Counted from the whole stretch's first letter, positions 36,163 through 50,664 are shown. The stretch: 63,440 nucleotides of DNA, filler included, from Diploschistes diacapsis (GCA_023645945.1; 18 parts of 18 records of this genome joined end to end with filler, not necessarily neighbours in it); one strand, 5' to 3'. Numbers and translations: made by a program. Notes: generated by a model from the letters alone, not told the origin.

Positions 36163-36262
36163 NNNNNNNNNNNNNNNNNNNNNNNNNNNNNNNNNNNNNN
36201 NNNNNNTTAATTAATTAANNNNNNNNNNNNNNNNNNNNNNNNNNNNNNNNNNNNNNNNNNNN

Positions 36263-36762
36263 TCTTAAGACATGTCGTACTTCGAAATCAAAAAGCTAAA
36301 TCTATATAAATCAATTATTAACGAAAGCTCCTAATAAATCAATATTAAATCTATTTAGTTAATATATTAAGGTTTTAACGTCCAACTCAAGAATAAAATA
36401 TACTTTATACAAATAAAATCTTATCTTTTTTAAAATCTTTAATAATCTCCGGCATTCGCGCTTTCTAACATTATACTTTACTTCCGAAGGAAACCATACT
36501 CCGTTCTCGTATCTAAATATATAGCGACGTTTTCTATTAATACTTAATTGTCCTAAAAAACCTCCCCAGCTAATCTTACTCGCATTAACTTCTAAAATAA
36601 TCGGTTATATCTCGATTACCGTATAATCCAACGGCTTCAAGATAAAGACACTAATAAATAATAATTTAAAAATATCCATAATCTATTACTAATAAAGATC
36701 CTATAAAAAGAATTAATCCTCTTTTAATAACTGATATAGAAATTAAGCGATCACGGCAAAAT
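36263..36762 (-). mobile_element. Ty3/gypsy RT-RNase H fragment (RIP)
   Basis: - strand PIILEVNASKISWGGFLGQ matches the RNase H ILExDAS..GGVLxQ motif. Confidence 0.75.
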
Positions 36763-38450
36763 TGTAGTAGCCATAGCAGCTATGGCTACAGGCTGTTGTT
36801 GTTACTAGGAAGTGTCGCTTGCGTGTCGCTTAGACTTGCACCTGCTGGTGTCGCTTGTGACGCCATTGTCCACGATGCTATTAGGCATCCACCTATAGTA
36901 GCTATAAAGGGCTCGCTACCCATCTAACTACTTACAATGCATCTTCTTTTCTATTAATAAATTTGAGCTTGTTCAACAAATGGTAGCAACGAGTTGGTAG
37001 AACCAATTCCTAGGGTAGTATTATGTCTTAATAACAAGGTTTTGTCTATCTAGTTCATATATTAAACCATCATTTATAGGAACCTCCTTCTTCCTCTTAA
37101 ATCTACAGAGATCAGAGCCTGTTCTATGTACTGCCGAGTCCCTCTTTGCTTTTTTTGACCAGATTAAGATTAATTTTTAATTAGATACGTCCCTCGGTCT
37201 CTCGGTCCCTCTATAGTTAATTTGAGTCTAATTTAGAGCTATTTACTATTATCTAGTGTCTAGGAAGGACACTTTAATTAAAATTTTCGGAACGGTCTAC
37301 GTCTGAAAGAGCTTAGCATTAGATGCAAATTTATTTATCAACCTAAAGCGAGCTTGACGAGAAGACTACTTTCCGGATCTACTATCTTAATAAGAAAACT
37401 TTATGTCAGACTTACTGATCAAGAATTAGCGAGATAACTTTCTTCTTAAAATTTTATAACTGTTCTATTATACTCGAGCTGGAAACCAGTACCGGAATTC
37501 AGAAAGTTACGTATTAATCTTTTAATGGATCGTCAGAAATCACGAGTATCCATCGTTTATCGTAAAAAGATAATAAAAATTCGATCGAAAACATTCGATC
37601 ATCGAAGAAAAGAAATTTAGAAGTAATATTCAACCTAGATCAATAAAAGAAGAACGTCGGTTAACGCCATTTTTATTAGAGTGAATGACGGACAAATCTC
37701 TTATTTAGATAAAAATTAAAATCTTTATTAGAGAATACGTAGTTTAAATACTTGATCCATTTTTAGATAACATCCTTTTAAGTAAATCTAGATCCTCTTA
37801 TTTGTAGCGAGCCCGATCTTAATTTCTAGATATTATCGACGAAAGAGCTTTCTTAAATCCGCAGCTTCTTCAGTTTCGATACATACCTTTAAGTTAATTA
37901 AAAGAGTTCTTGCTTGCTTTATTCTTAACGTCGATAAGATTTACGATTATATTTAATAAGTAACTATCGAGGATATCTACGATCGGAGAGTAGTAAGGCA
38001 TAACGTTTGCTTAAAAAGACGATATCTTACGGTCGTTGAGAAAGTAGATAAAAGAAATCTTTTAAATAAAGGTAAATATTCTGTTGGATAATTACGAGCG
38101 TCGGAGAAATCGACGATTATAAAATTTATAAAACGATTTTTTCGAAGACGATCCGTCTGCGTTTACGATAAAGCGTTAGTTTGATACTCGTACGGTCGGA
38201 TATTTCGATTTAAATTAAAATATTTCCGCCGTCGAAGTTAAAGATAAGTATAACGTGTATCACGATTTTTACGTCTTTGCCGAGAGATTTCGAATAAAGT
38301 TAGCAACAGAAACCAACGAATTCCTAGTATAGAATCTAGATATCTATTTATTAGAAGCCGTCAATCGATGATACACCGAAGAGATTAATAAGATAATAAG
38401 AATTAGATTTCGAGCTAGCGACATTAAGATATAATGCGACAATCTAATTA
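36763..38450 (+). mobile_element. LTR retrotransposon 5' LTR (36763-36978), PBS and degenerate gag
   Basis: TGT..ACA LTR with TATAAA; TGGTAGC PBS-like site at 36981; stop-ridden AT-rich ORF downstream. Confidence 0.7.
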
Positions 38451-38669
38451 NNNNNNNNNNNNNNNNNNNNNNNNNNNNNNNNNNNNNNNNNNNNTTAATT
38501 AATTAANNNNNNNNNNNNNNNNNNNNNNNNNNNNNNNNNNNNNNNNNNNNGAATATAGTATTCCGTCGTTTTCTAATCGAGAAAAATAATTGTCGCCGAA
38601 AAAAAATTATAAAATTTACGATTAAAAATTATTAATTATTATAGAAATTTTTAAACATTAAAAGCATTA

Positions 38670-39765
38670 ACGTATATGCATAGCGAGTGGACACTCATAG
38701 CGAACGGACACCCCCCATCCAATTTTACGAACTTTCAACTTTTATATCAATTTTCTACACGTACGATCATGGAATCATCTTCAATTAAAAATAGAATCAT
38801 AATGGCACTTCAGACTATCAAACAAGACCTAAATCTTAATATAAAACGCGTATCTCAGATATACAAGGTTCCTAGTACGACGCTTATTGTTTAACGCGAT
38901 AATCGTATTTCAAGACACGATATCTCAGCCAATTTAATAAATTTAAATCTATTAAAAGAAAAAACGATTCTTAAACCTACGATTAATTTAATCAAATATA
39001 GTTTTCCGCCGCGATAAAACGATATACGCGATATGGCCAATTTAATGCGCGCAGCTCGAAACACGCCGCCAATCAAACCACGATAAACATAAAACATCGT
39101 ACGATAACAAGAAATGCTTAAAATACGTTATTAAAAAGCATGAATTAAAGATTTACGAATCGTACGAAACTAATTCGACCTCGTACGTAACGTGATTAAT
39201 AAATATAGTATTTTCGATTCGGATACGACGAAACCGGCTTTCTTATAAGAATGTTAGGCCATATAAAGGTCGTAACTACTTTAAATCGCAAAAATAGACT
39301 TCGTACGAAACAGCCCGGTAATCGAGAATAGGTTTCTATTATTTAAATTATTTACGCGGACGATTATACGTTAAATAATAATTCTTAAAACCGAGATCAA
39401 GATACTTCGTACGACGAATAAAATACTTAACAAACGAAAGAAAGTTAAAAAAACGCGCGTACGAGCTGAAGGATTACTTAATACATCAGAAGGAATCGCA
39501 TTATAATCTTTAAAGATCGAAATTCGTATAGAGGAAACTGATATATCTGAAAATAAGAGTCGTACGAAAGAGGTCGGATTACGCGTATGACGTTATAACA
39601 AGTGTAATTAGTTCGAATATAATGCGCGAACTTGCGAAATAGAATCTATAGCTTCTAAAAAAGATACTAATAATTAATATAATGAATTATCGTAAGAATT
39701 GATTGCGTAAATATAATTGCAACTCGTACGAATCGAGAAGGATGTCGCTCGCTATGCATATACGT
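38670..39765 (+). mobile_element. Internally deleted Fot1/pogo DNA transposon (RIP), 1096 bp
   Basis: TIR ACGTATATGCATAGCGAG at both ends with TA duplications; HTH IYKVPSTTL, DETGF, QPGNRE*VS and a C-terminal knuckle remnant (NARTC). Confidence 0.9.
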
Positions 39766-39939
39766 TATTTAAAAAACGTCCGGCATCTTATCGAGATCTT
39801 TACGGACCATAATAACTTAAAGGGTTTTATAAATTAAAGCTTTTTAACCGATAAACAAACGAGACAAATAATATGTTTAACTATTTTTAATTTTATTATT
39901 TATATTACTTTTGATCGGTTTAATTAGGATTTTACGGGA

Positions 39940-40463
39940 TTTCATAAATTTTAGTTGAACTAAATTGAATTAAATCTCGGTAAGTTCATCTGAACTGAAC
40001 TTCCCGGGTTCTTCTAGTGAACCTTCCGGAACAAGCCGAGCTCACAGCCATGCCTTCCGTCTGCCTGTTCAACAACCCGTATATTTAAATCGACGTATAT
40101 TAAGTTTATAACGTTTCGTAAAGAAAACCGAAAATAAAAAACGCTTCTTAATAATTATAAAAAACGTAAATTAAATAAGCGAATCGAATTAAAAAATCGT
40201 TTTATGTTTAATATAGACGAAGTTCTTAAAATAATAATTCGGGCTAAATCGAATCGAACAGTTTTAAAACGACCTATAACGCGTAAAAAACGTCGTCACG
40301 TTTTTAAAATCGAGAAGGATAAAGAGAAAAAAGATAGATTCGATTTAGATCGATTAGATTCTGATTACGACGAATAGATTGTATTTAAAAACCGTAAAAT
40401 GTTAGCGGTAGTGATTTGAGGTGGCCGGAATCTGGGGGTGGCCGGAATCCCTGTGAAACACGT
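39940..40463. mobile_element. Inverted LTR family B fragment (to 40074) next to the 3' end of a second pogo family (40075-40463)
   Basis: GGTGGCCGGAATC repeats ending ACGT-TA; sequence homologous to 53616-54010 reversed. Confidence 0.7.
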
Positions 40464-40833
40464 TATCTTTTTAAATAACTTAATCGAGGCGAAATCAAAT
40501 CGTTCCGCGAGTTATTCGATAAATTCTCTGTCGATGAAATATATTCCGTTGGCCCCGTATCGATTAATATTAGAATACGAAAGTTCTTATACCTTTTACT
40601 TAATATTATATCTGACGTAAAGATAGGCGCCGTTAAGAATTTTTTTTTTAATTTTTATAATCGTTTAATTATATTGTTAAAACGATTCGTCGTCGTCATC
40701 TTTTATTTAATCGTTAAATCCTTTATATATAACNNNNNNNNNNNNNNNNNNNNNNNNNNNNNNNNNNNNNNNNNNNNTTAATTAATTAANNNNNNNNNNN
40801 NNNNNNNNNNNNNNNNNNNNNNNNNNNNNNNNN

Positions 40834-42770
40834 AGTCAATAGCGACTCGCTTACGGTATTTTTATTATCCGTTCTGTTGATTATTAGAACGTATATTGTA
40901 GTATAATTTTCTATATTCTTCGCGAATTCTTTAGGGGAAGATATTTAATGTTTTCTTCGATCAAATTTGAAGCGTTAAGCCATTTCTTTGCAATCTAATA
41001 ACAGCTTCCTCGCCTTAAGGTCTGGTATACCCAAGATTATCGGATTTTTTGTTTTGTTTATAGCGTAAAATATTCCTTTAATAGTCTTAATGACCCTATA
41101 TAAATCAATTATGTTAATTTTTAGTCTGTATCCCCCGTAATAATATACTTTTGTCGTATTATCGATCTAGTTAAAAATCGGTAATTCAGCGTTTATAAGC
41201 GGGGTTAGGCCTATTTCGGTAACGTAACGCTTGCTAATAATATTACATTGTATATAACTGTTTAGGTCGATGCGATATTCTGACGATTTAATGCCCCGTA
41301 TCTTGCCTCTCGTTTGAATTATCGGCGCGATCTTTAATAAAATACGATCTACCGGGATAGAAGGCCCCGACGACCTTTAAGGTTTTTTAAACCCCTAATA
41401 ATGCTTATAGAAATGTGATTTGGGTTCGTTTGTGTTTTCGGGTTTAAGTATTTTAATGAAATATGCCCGTATTCTTGATAATTGTAACATTATATTTTTG
41501 ATATATCGCGGAATAATTGACTGATCGTCGGTAATTCGCTCCTGTTTTTAGAATTAAGGACCCCCTAAGAATTTCGCGTCGACAGCGGCTTTCCCTATCG
41601 AGCTTTACCTCGCTGTAAACTTCCTAATAAATTTTCTATTTAGACCGCTAAGGATACTAAGTCTTTATAATTCTTCGGAATATTAGCCGCTTATATTAAG
41701 AATCGTTAGATATCCGGCCGTAATTTTATTAAGAAGTATTAACGCCGCTGTTCTTCCGTGTATTTTAATAATTACGCTTCTAGCCTAACTAAATATTGTT
41801 CGAAAGAATATACCGATTAAATTATTCCTTATTGGGCATTCGCGTACTTTTGGGTAGCTTCGAGTTTACGATTTTTTAGGTCCTTCACTCGATTTAATAA
41901 ATAACGTTTAAAGTATTTTTAATTAATAATTTTATAGCTGATATTCGGTTCATGCGTAAACCACGATTGTTTTAAGTTACTTTATAGCGACTGTATAGCG
42001 AAACGGATTTTCCTTTCTTCAAATTAGAAGTAACTAAAGGACAGCGCAAAAAAGTTATCAGCGGTTTAAAACCATTTTTAATATTCTCGGACAGATTTTC
42101 CCTAATAATCTAGGAATTTTTTAGGCTTGAAATAATGATTTTTAACATCTTAATGATCTCTGCTCGTTCATTTCTTACGAATTAACGGCGTCGCGTTGGC
42201 GTCGGGTTAAGTATTAGCGTCGAAAAGTTCCTCGCTAGTTTCTAATCGTCTAACGTCGTTTTCGATACGTTCCAGGCGTCTTTTGGATTATAATATCTTT
42301 TTTTTTATTTCTAGTACTTTTATCCGTTCTTATAATCGGATATCTTTTATTCGAATTTATTTCAGTTCTACGGGGTTGAAAGCTTCTTCCTCCGGTACTA
42401 TCTCGCTTACAGATCGGTTGTTAAAAACTTGCGATTCGTTGAACTCGTTTTTTAATTCCTGTTTATTTTATGATTGTGAACGGGTATTACGCTTCGGTCG
42501 CGAATCATCTGCCATATTTCGAACCGTAGTCCTTAAGAAGGAAGAGAAGTTATAATTATAAAGATTAATATTACAGTATGACAATAAGATAAATAAATGG
42601 TTATTCGCTAGCTAGGTCTCTGCTAGACGATAGATGTATTGATGAAATAATTTTTAAAAAACTATTTCTGTCTGCGAAAACTCTGTTCTTATACAAGAAC
42701 ACGCTAGCGGGCCTTGGTATATACTTGGCATACCCCCTGATAGCCCCTTATTGGGTTCTGCGTATTATAC
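40834..42770 (-). mobile_element. Ty3/gypsy gag-protease region with probable 5' LTR near 42590-42770 (RIP)
   Basis: 40834-41150 reverse complement is collinear with 59130-59440, which runs into a gypsy RT. Confidence 0.7.
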
Positions 42771-43354
42771 TTAAAATTTTATTATCGAAAAAGAATATTT
42801 ATCGGACGTAAACCTTTCGCGATCTAACCGGGACCGTATTTTTTATGTTAAAAGAAAACGCGAGAGATTATTAGAATAAAAAAGAATTTAAGATTTAATT
42901 ACGGAAATAACGAATCTAAAAATTTAAATTACGTTTTCGATAATCGAAACGAAATATAAAACGTATATTACTCGCAAGCGAGCCGTATTTACTAAACACG
43001 TTATTAATATTACGAANNNNNNNNNNNNNNNNNNNNNNNNNNNNNNNNNNNNNNNNNNNNTTAATTAATTAANNNNNNNNNNNNNNNNNNNNNNNNNNNN
43101 NNNNNNNNNNNNNNNNAATTAAGGATGTTTATATATAATTAACTCGTTTATCGTTTATCGTAAATTTAGCGACCGGTGCTCTCGAGGCTCGCCGTTTATA
43201 AAAATAAACGCGATCATCGAGCGGTAGCGAAAGCCTGCTCGCCGTTTACGAGAATGAGCGCGAGTAGTGAATATATTACGTGACCCCCCGTCCCGTGATT
43301 GACCTATATACAACAAAGCTGGGACGTGCCAAGTCTGGTACTTGGATCGTAACA

Positions 43355-44705
43355 CAAAAAACGTAAAAATTTATTTGATGTTTTATTTTAAATACCTCCA
43401 ATTAGTATATCTAGACATATCGTTATAAGAAACCTTCTATTTCGAAATAGATAACGAAAACGAATACGAAGTTAAGAAAATCTTGGATAATGGTTTTAAA
43501 GGATTCTTTATTAAATAGAAAGGATATCCGTCAGAATAGAACACGTGGGAATCTTTAGAAAATTTAAGCAACTGTAAGAACAAGATAAGAGAATATCGTA
43601 GACTTATTTAATTTAAAGGGATAGGAATTTTATTCCTTAAAGATTAGTTTAACTGAGCCGGCGATATCGCAGTTAGTTCTAACAATTCTGAACCGAATTT
43701 CGAAGACACGCCTTCTTAAGCGTTCGCGTACGTCTCGGACGATTCTAAATCTAGTTCTTTCGTTAAACATCTTGTTTGCGCGTCCGCACGATTTTCCGTC
43801 AGTTTGAGAACCTTTCGGTTACGGCGAATACGACGTTTACGCTAAAAACGACGATCTTTAATTTTACGAAGTTGTTTTTCTAATTCTTCTTCTTATTTAT
43901 CATCCTCGTTAATAAGCTTTTTATCCTTCTCGATCTCGCCTTTTTTCGAAAGGATGGTCCGTTTAATTACTTCTTATATAACAGAGATATAGTTTTTCCT
44001 ACTAAACTTAACATAGCGAGCATATTTCATTAAGATAGAAGGCATCCTAATGCAGTCGTGAAAGAATAGATAATGATTATAAAATAATGTGTTTAGGAAA
44101 TCTCGAAGACGAATGATAGAATCTAGACGTTTTTTTTGTATCGAAGATAAAGAAGATATCGCTGTCTTACGACTTAGGATTCTCTTTTGTTTAGTACTTA
44201 TGTTAATCCTTCGGTGCTTATCGGGCCGATAAGGTTGAAAGAAAGGGATAGTGTTACGATCCAAGTTACTAGTCGGTAGTACTTAGTACGTAACAGTTAA
44301 TCGGGTATTTTCTAATTATTCTTTATATATAATCCAATTAGGGTGACACGGGTCATATGATGAATAAAAGGTCTGAAAGACTATTCTATTTAATCGTAAA
44401 TAGAAAAAAAGAACGGTAATTTTATTTATTTATTTATTTACTTTATTAAAGAAGCTGTTAACTATATAAGAACGTCGTTATAATTTCTATGAATTTAGGG
44501 CGTATTCATTTTTATAGACATCTTTAACTATTATTCGGGATCAATCTATATTCGTTACTTCTATTATTAAAAAGCCTTTTTTCTAAAGATAGTCTAAGAC
44601 CTATAACTACTCTATCTTCTTCTCCTGCCACACTCCTCTTCTAACAGAGACCAAACCCACCTTAATCCTACTCGTGTATACCTTGTATAGATAGAGATCA
44701 TAACA
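43355..44705 (+). mobile_element. Chromovirus (Ty3/gypsy) 3' end: chromodomain, PPT and LTR family A (44252-44705)
   Basis: EYEVKKILD....FFIK*KGYPSE*NTWESLENL chromodomain; GAAAGAAAGGGATAG PPT; TGTTACGATC..GATCATAACA ends; a related inverted LTR end lies at about 43260-43354. Confidence 0.85.
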
Positions 44706-45397
44706 AAATAACGCCTTCGCCGATTCGTAATACTAGAATCGTCGGGTTATCGTAGATAATATTCGATAACGAGATTCTTACGGATGGCTAAATTATGTAA
44801 ACGAAATCGTCGATATATAATAAAATCTCGACCGCGATTAAATACTTTTTTAATATTAATCTTCGAGATTAGAACTATTAAGACATCACGCGTTATTCGC
44901 GTTAATTTCGGAAATATTTGTTCGTTAATACGTTATTATTTAAAAAAGTTAAGTTTCTTATCTTTATTATAAATTACGTTATCGTTTAAATATTATAAAG
45001 CTTAAATTCGTTTATTCTTTATAATTCGTTTCGTCTAATAATTAATTTTAAAATTAATAAGAATTGTTAAGTTTAACGTAACGTTAAGCGTTCTCGATCG
45101 ATAAATATCACGTTAATAATATTCTTTAAAAAAATCCGTGAATTCCTTTTTATATCGACGTTAATATTTTTTATTATTTAAAAATTTATTCTTATTTTAA
45201 TTTTATATAGAATTAATTAATATATTAATAATTAAACTTTAATATTATTATTTTATATAATAATAATTTATTATTTAGATCGAGAACGGTTATAAAANNN
45301 NNNNNNNNNNNNNNNNNNNNNNNNNNNNNNNNNNNNNNNNNTTAATTAATTAANNNNNNNNNNNNNNNNNNNNNNNNNNNNNNNNNNNNNNNNNNNN

Positions 45398-46319
45398 TAT
45401 CTATTATTTATACGCTTTAAAAGGGCTACTCCGCTATATTCGAAAGACAAAGGATATTAAGGTTTAATTCAGTTCTAAACCTGAACTTTCGAAATTATAG
45501 GGATATTCCGATGTAGATTATGGGGGAGATAAGTTAGATCGAAAGTTTACGTATAGACATATCTTTTAGTTATGCGGTAAAACAATATTCTGAATAAGTA
45601 AGAAGCAGAATTCAGTTTTAACGTTAATTATAAAAGCTGAGTATATTGGTTTATCTTACGTCGTTAAATAAGTTTTATGGTGTTTATAGTTTTTAAAAGA
45701 TATTGACTATCCTGACCTTATAGGATTATTTTTATATACTGTTAATTATTATTTTATGGTGTTTATAGTTTTTAAAAGATATTGACTATCCTGACCTTAT
45801 AGGATTATTTTTATATACTGTTAATTTAGTCGGTAATAATATTGGTTCTTTAGACTTAATAAAGCACGTAAGGATTAACGATCGTTTAAAATATATCGAT
45901 ATTGTTTATCATCACGTACGAGATCTAGTTAAGTAGGGACGCATTAAAGTATTTTATGTTTTTATCGATAAAATGGTTGTTGATAGATTTACGAAGCCAA
46001 TCAATTATTCGAAGCACGATATCTTTATTAAGGGATTCGGTTTAGTTTAAAAGATATTTTATTGGATTATATAGTCATGCCGGACGATTTCGTCTGTGGG
46101 GAAGTGTTGAACAGATAGGTAAAAGGTATGGTTAGAAATTTAACTAAGTTCTAGAGGGAGGTTCAGTTCAGTTAAACTTCCTGGAATCCCAATTAGACCG
46201 GTTTAGGAATAGTGTAGGTAATAGGGCTTAGCGTATCCCATAAGGATAAAAGTCTGCAAAGTAGGATAACCTCCTAGATAGACCTCTAGACTTCAATACA
46301 TCCATTACGTTGCCAAACA
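45398..46319 (+). mobile_element. Ty1/copia RT-RNase H, PPT and 3' LTR family B (46105-46319)
   Basis: GYSDVDYGGDKLDRK, KAEYI, KYIDIVYHHVRD, MVVDRFTKP; GTGGGGAAG PPT; TGTTG..AAACA. Confidence 0.88.
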
Positions 46320-46809
46320 GTTATATAGATTTAATGCGTCAACGACGCCTCCGTAAATATATTATTAACGTTTATTTAATAATATTCTAGATCTTTTGCT
46401 GCGATGATCGTTAATAGGATGCGTAGAAAATCCGCTCGAATAATAAGAATAAATATTCTATTAAAATCGATTCTTTTTTATTGCGAGAACCCTTTTACGA
46501 TTAATTTAGTTTTAAATCTCTTAATATCGCTATTAAGATTGTATTTTACGTCGAATATTTATCTTAAGCTTATTATATTAATATTTTTTGGTTTAGATAG
46601 TTCAGTTTAGATCTAATTTAGGAATAAAGAATCGATTTCCTTTTTTATTACTTCCTTTTATTTTTTTTTAAAGATTGGGTTATTAATAACCTTTTTATAA
46701 TTCTTTAGAATGTTGATTCGAGATAATTTTAATTTAACGTCGTTAATTATTTCCTGCTCGCTGACGACTAGCGCGACATAGTTCCTTAAGGCTTTAATCG
46801 ACGAATATT

Positions 46810-47576
46810 TTTTATTATCCCGTTCTCGTTTGCTAGTAACAAGAGTCGTATTAAACAGCTCTCTATCTTAATACGTAGTTATTATCATTGGTGCATTATT
46901 CATGTTCATTTTGGCTGATTCAGGTTTAGGGTGGAATTCGAGTTCAGGTTCAATATTTTTCTTTAAAATCTCTATTCGTAAGAACTTCCTGACTAGAACA
47001 TCGGTCCCCAGGGTGCTGTGATCTGCAACCGATTTAAATGGTTCAACATCTTCTGTCTAACCTTTTAAAGCACAGGCCCCTAGGGTGCTGTGATTTACCG
47101 CTGGTTTAGATGGTTTAATATGTTCGTTCTAAACTCCCTATTTTTGTATCATTAATACCCTGTTATCGTCCGTAATTAACGTGTCATTGCCGTTTATTAT
47201 TAACGAGATATTTATTCCCTCGATACTGTATACTAAGTCAGCGGTTGGTCGTCTTATTGGCTTTCGGATAAACATCACGTTGTCGCCTTCCCTATAGCTT
47301 TCGGGAAGTTTCAGCTTTTAAAGAATAAATGTTTTATTTTCTTTAAATCTGATCGAGCTCGTTCTAATAATCTTTTAAAGATCTGGTATTTAGATTTTAT
47401 ATTATTTATCGATATCGATATATTTAATTAATATATAAAATCTTGTTCTATTTTTAGCTTATCTTGTCGTCTAGATAGTAATTTAGATTCATGTAGTTAT
47501 AGTATCTTGATTTTTAGACGCGGAAGTGATCTATTAACGGTTTTTTCTTTATTTAATATTCTTTAGATGTTATAAC
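46810..47576 (-). mobile_element. Ty1/copia integrase-RT linker (RIP), same family as 56763-58193
   Basis: Reverse complement collinear with 56800-57450. Confidence 0.7.
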
Positions 47577-47676
47577 NNNNNNNNNNNNNNNNNNNNNNNN
47601 NNNNNNNNNNNNNNNNNNNNTTAATTAATTAANNNNNNNNNNNNNNNNNNNNNNNNNNNNNNNNNNNNNNNNNNNN

Positions 47677-47908
47677 GAGAAGAGGCAGGCGACTGATTGA
47701 CCTGGGGCCGGGGCCGCGGCGTGCTGAACGCGCCCGTCGACGAGCGCTGCAGGTCTTCGAACAGCTTCTGCTCTGCCTCGGGCAGGCGCGGCGGCGACGG
47801 CCCGCCGAAGGGGGCCCGCAGGTGCCGCGAGCTGCTCGTGAAGAAGCGCCGGGCGGCTGAGACGCGGGCGGCGGCGAGGCGGAGGGGGAGGCGAGTGGAG
47901 GGATACAT
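47677..47908 (-). CDS. SDH8: Succinate dehydrogenase assembly factor 4, N-terminal part (cut by gap)
   Basis: Arg-rich mitochondrial presequence, then PSPPRLPEAEQKLFEDLQRSSTGAFSTP typical of fungal SDHAF4; the diagnostic C-terminal domain is not visible. Confidence 0.7.
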
Positions 47909-48211
47909 GTTTGTGCTGATCCTAGCTGATTGGAGGGGTGGCTGCTGTTGTTGTTGTTCTTGCTGTGGAGGAGAAAGAGGTGTACTTTGAAAGGAGAGGT
48001 GGGAGGTGGCGAAGAATGTGAATTTACACGCCACTGTAGATTTGTCGGATTCGACTCCGAGAGAAAGAAGTTCTTGGCAAGGGAACTCCGTCCGGCATCG
48101 GTGAGACGGCTTGAGTCACTATCTATCTCTAGAGATAATATTGGGAGGTGTTCTGCATTTTTGTAGATGTTCAAGTATCCAATTCTGTCCAGGGCAGAGC
48201 GCTTATGTTCA

Positions 48212-49831
48212 ATGGCTTTTGGACTGCCAACAAAGCGTATCTGCGCTTCTTGTGCGGCCTCGTTAAGAAAACAGTCTCGAGTGTCCGCGCAACGACATAG
48301 GTGGGCTTCGGCCATCCATGTACCTACTACGGGTCCCTCAGAGAAGGGAAAGATTGTAAATGAAGCAGAGGTACAATCAATGGCCCCAGAAGTCAAAAAA
48401 AAAATCACTATACCTGTTCGTCGAAGCTAATGCTGCGTAGAGAGATGCTTCCCTACCATGTCCCGACCCGGCACCAGACTCCCAGACAGCTGCCTTCGTG
48501 GAGCAATATGCGCCCTACTTGGTGGCAACGTACTCCAGGCCCCCACCAGTAATGCAGAAGGGCGAAGGCTGCTACCTCTGGGACATCGAGAACCGGCGCT
48601 ACCTCGACTTTACGGGCGGCATTGCCGTCAACTCCCTCGGCCATTGCGACCCTGGGTTCACGAAACTGATATCGCACCAGGTGAGTTCCCAACCCCCCTA
48701 CATTCCAAGTATATGTTCCTTTCTCAACCGGTCCACTAAAACCCCACCGTCCAGGCAAACACCCTCGTCCACTGTTCCAACCTGTACCACAACCCCTGGA
48801 CCGGCCCCCTCTCCAAGCTCCTCGTCCAAAAGACCCTCGCATCCGGCGGCATGTACAACGCCGCGCGAGTCTTCACCTGCAACTCCGGCACCGAAGCCAA
48901 CGAAGCCGCCCTCAAATTCGCCCGCAAAGTCGGCTCCATGCGCTCCTCGTCCTCATCCTCGTCCTCGTCCTCTCCCAAACCCAACCCAAAACACGAGCTC
49001 CTCTCCTTCACCTCCTCCTTCCACGGGCGCACCATGGGCTCCCTCTCCGCGACGCCGAACCCCAAGTACCAAGCGCCCTTCGCGCCTCTAATCCCGGGCT
49101 TCCGCCACGCGCCCTTCAACTCGACCACGGACCTGGACTCGCTGATCACGGCGTCGACGTGCGGCGTCATCGTGGAGCCGGTGCAAGGCGAAGGCGGCAT
49201 CCACGCGGCGTCGGTGGGGTTCCTGCAGGCGCTGCGGGCGCGCTGCAGCGCCGTGGGCGCGGTGCTGATCTACGACGAGATCCAGTGCGGGCTGGGGCGG
49301 ACGGGCGCGCTGTGGGCGCACTCGCGGCTGCCGCGCGACGCGCACCCGGACATGGTCACGAGCGCCAAGGCGCTGGGCAACGGCTTCCCCGTCGGCGCCG
49401 TGGTCGTCAGCGACGCCGTCGCGCGCTGCGTCGCCGTCGGCGACCACGGCACCACCTTCGGCGGCAGCCCGCTCGCCAGCCGCCTCGCGCACTACTGCGT
49501 CGGCCGCCTCGCCGATCCCCGCCTGCACGCCCACGTCCGGCGCATGGGCGCGCTGTTCGCCGCCCGCTTCGACCGCTTGCGCGCCAGGTTTCCGCGCCTG
49601 GTCGCCGAGACCAGGGGCATCGGCTTGTTGCTCGGTCTGCAGCTGACCCGCGATCCGGCCGCGCTGGTGGCCGCGGCCAGGGAGAGGGGGCTGCTGCTCA
49701 TCACGGCCGGGACGAACACGTTGCGCTTTGCGCCGCCGCTGGTCGTGAGCGAGCGGGAGGTGGAGGAGGGCATGGCCATACTGGAGAGCGCGATGGAGGA
49801 GGTGGTGGGGAGGGAGAGCGAGGGGGCATGA
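48212..49831 (+). CDS. ARG8: Mitochondrial acetylornithine aminotransferase (class III PLP); exons 48212-48370, 48441-48680, 48755-49831
   Basis: YLDFTGGIAVNSLGH, CNSGTEANEAALKFARK, SFHGRTMGSLS, IVEPVQGEGG, YDEIQCGLGRTG, SAKALGNG, HGTTFGG; both GT-AG introns keep frame. Confidence 0.95.
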
Positions 49832-50003
49832 GGAGACAAGGGGGCACGAGGGNNNNNNNNNNNNNNNNNNNNNNNNNNNNNNNNNNNNNNNNNNNNTTAA
49901 TTAATTAANNNNNNNNNNNNNNNNNNNNNNNNNNNNNNNNNNNNNNNNNNNNATATTTAATTAAATTATATAAATATATTAAACGATTCCGCCTGTAAAG
50001 AAG

Positions 50004-50266
50004 TATTAAATAGACAGATAGAAGGTATGGCTGGGAATTCGATTGAGTTTTAATCGGGGGTTTAGTTCAGCTAAACTCCGAGGTTCAGTTTAACTAGACT
50101 TCGAGGTTCAGTTCAGCTAAATTTCTTAAGACTCTGACTAGACCGATCGGAAGTAATGTTGGCAATAAGGTTTAACGGATCTCGTAGGATATAAAAGTCT
50201 ACGCAGTAGGATATCTTTATAGGATAAGACCTCTAGACTTTAATATATCTATTACGTTGCCAAACA
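50004..50266 (+). mobile_element. Copia 3' LTR family B with preceding PPT remnant
   Basis: Homologous to 46105-46319; ends TTACGTTGCCAAACA. Confidence 0.8.
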
Positions 50267-50664
50267 TAAACCCTAAAATGCTATTAATAGTGATTAAAGT
50301 AACCGAGTTTTAAGAATGGCCGTGTGCCCCGTCTAACATGTTATCAAATATTTACAATTCGCCGGAGAGCTCATTAGAATTGAAAATGATCTTTATACAT
50401 TTTTGATTTAAAACCAAGCTCCGAAAGACCATCACCGGACCTGCGACTCCCCGCAGTTGCACTTAACCCCCCAAAATCGATTTAACTCCGGGATATGGTG
50501 CGTTAGTCCCTTCTGAAAGTGCACCATTGATCAGCAAGCAATATTTACATTGATAAATCCAGCGACAGATAGTATTTACCGACATAACACTCTATCCGTT
50601 CTAGTCTCAAATTTATTCTCCTTTTTCCACGCCATCTTGGAGTCAACTACCATCATTCCTTACA

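Noticed and set aside
36905..36995. Partial complementarity between LTR sequence CTCGCTACCCAT and the PBS, suggesting Tf1-like self-priming
   Set aside because: Pairing is gapped and too close to the TATA box; TGGTAGC also fits tRNA-Met priming
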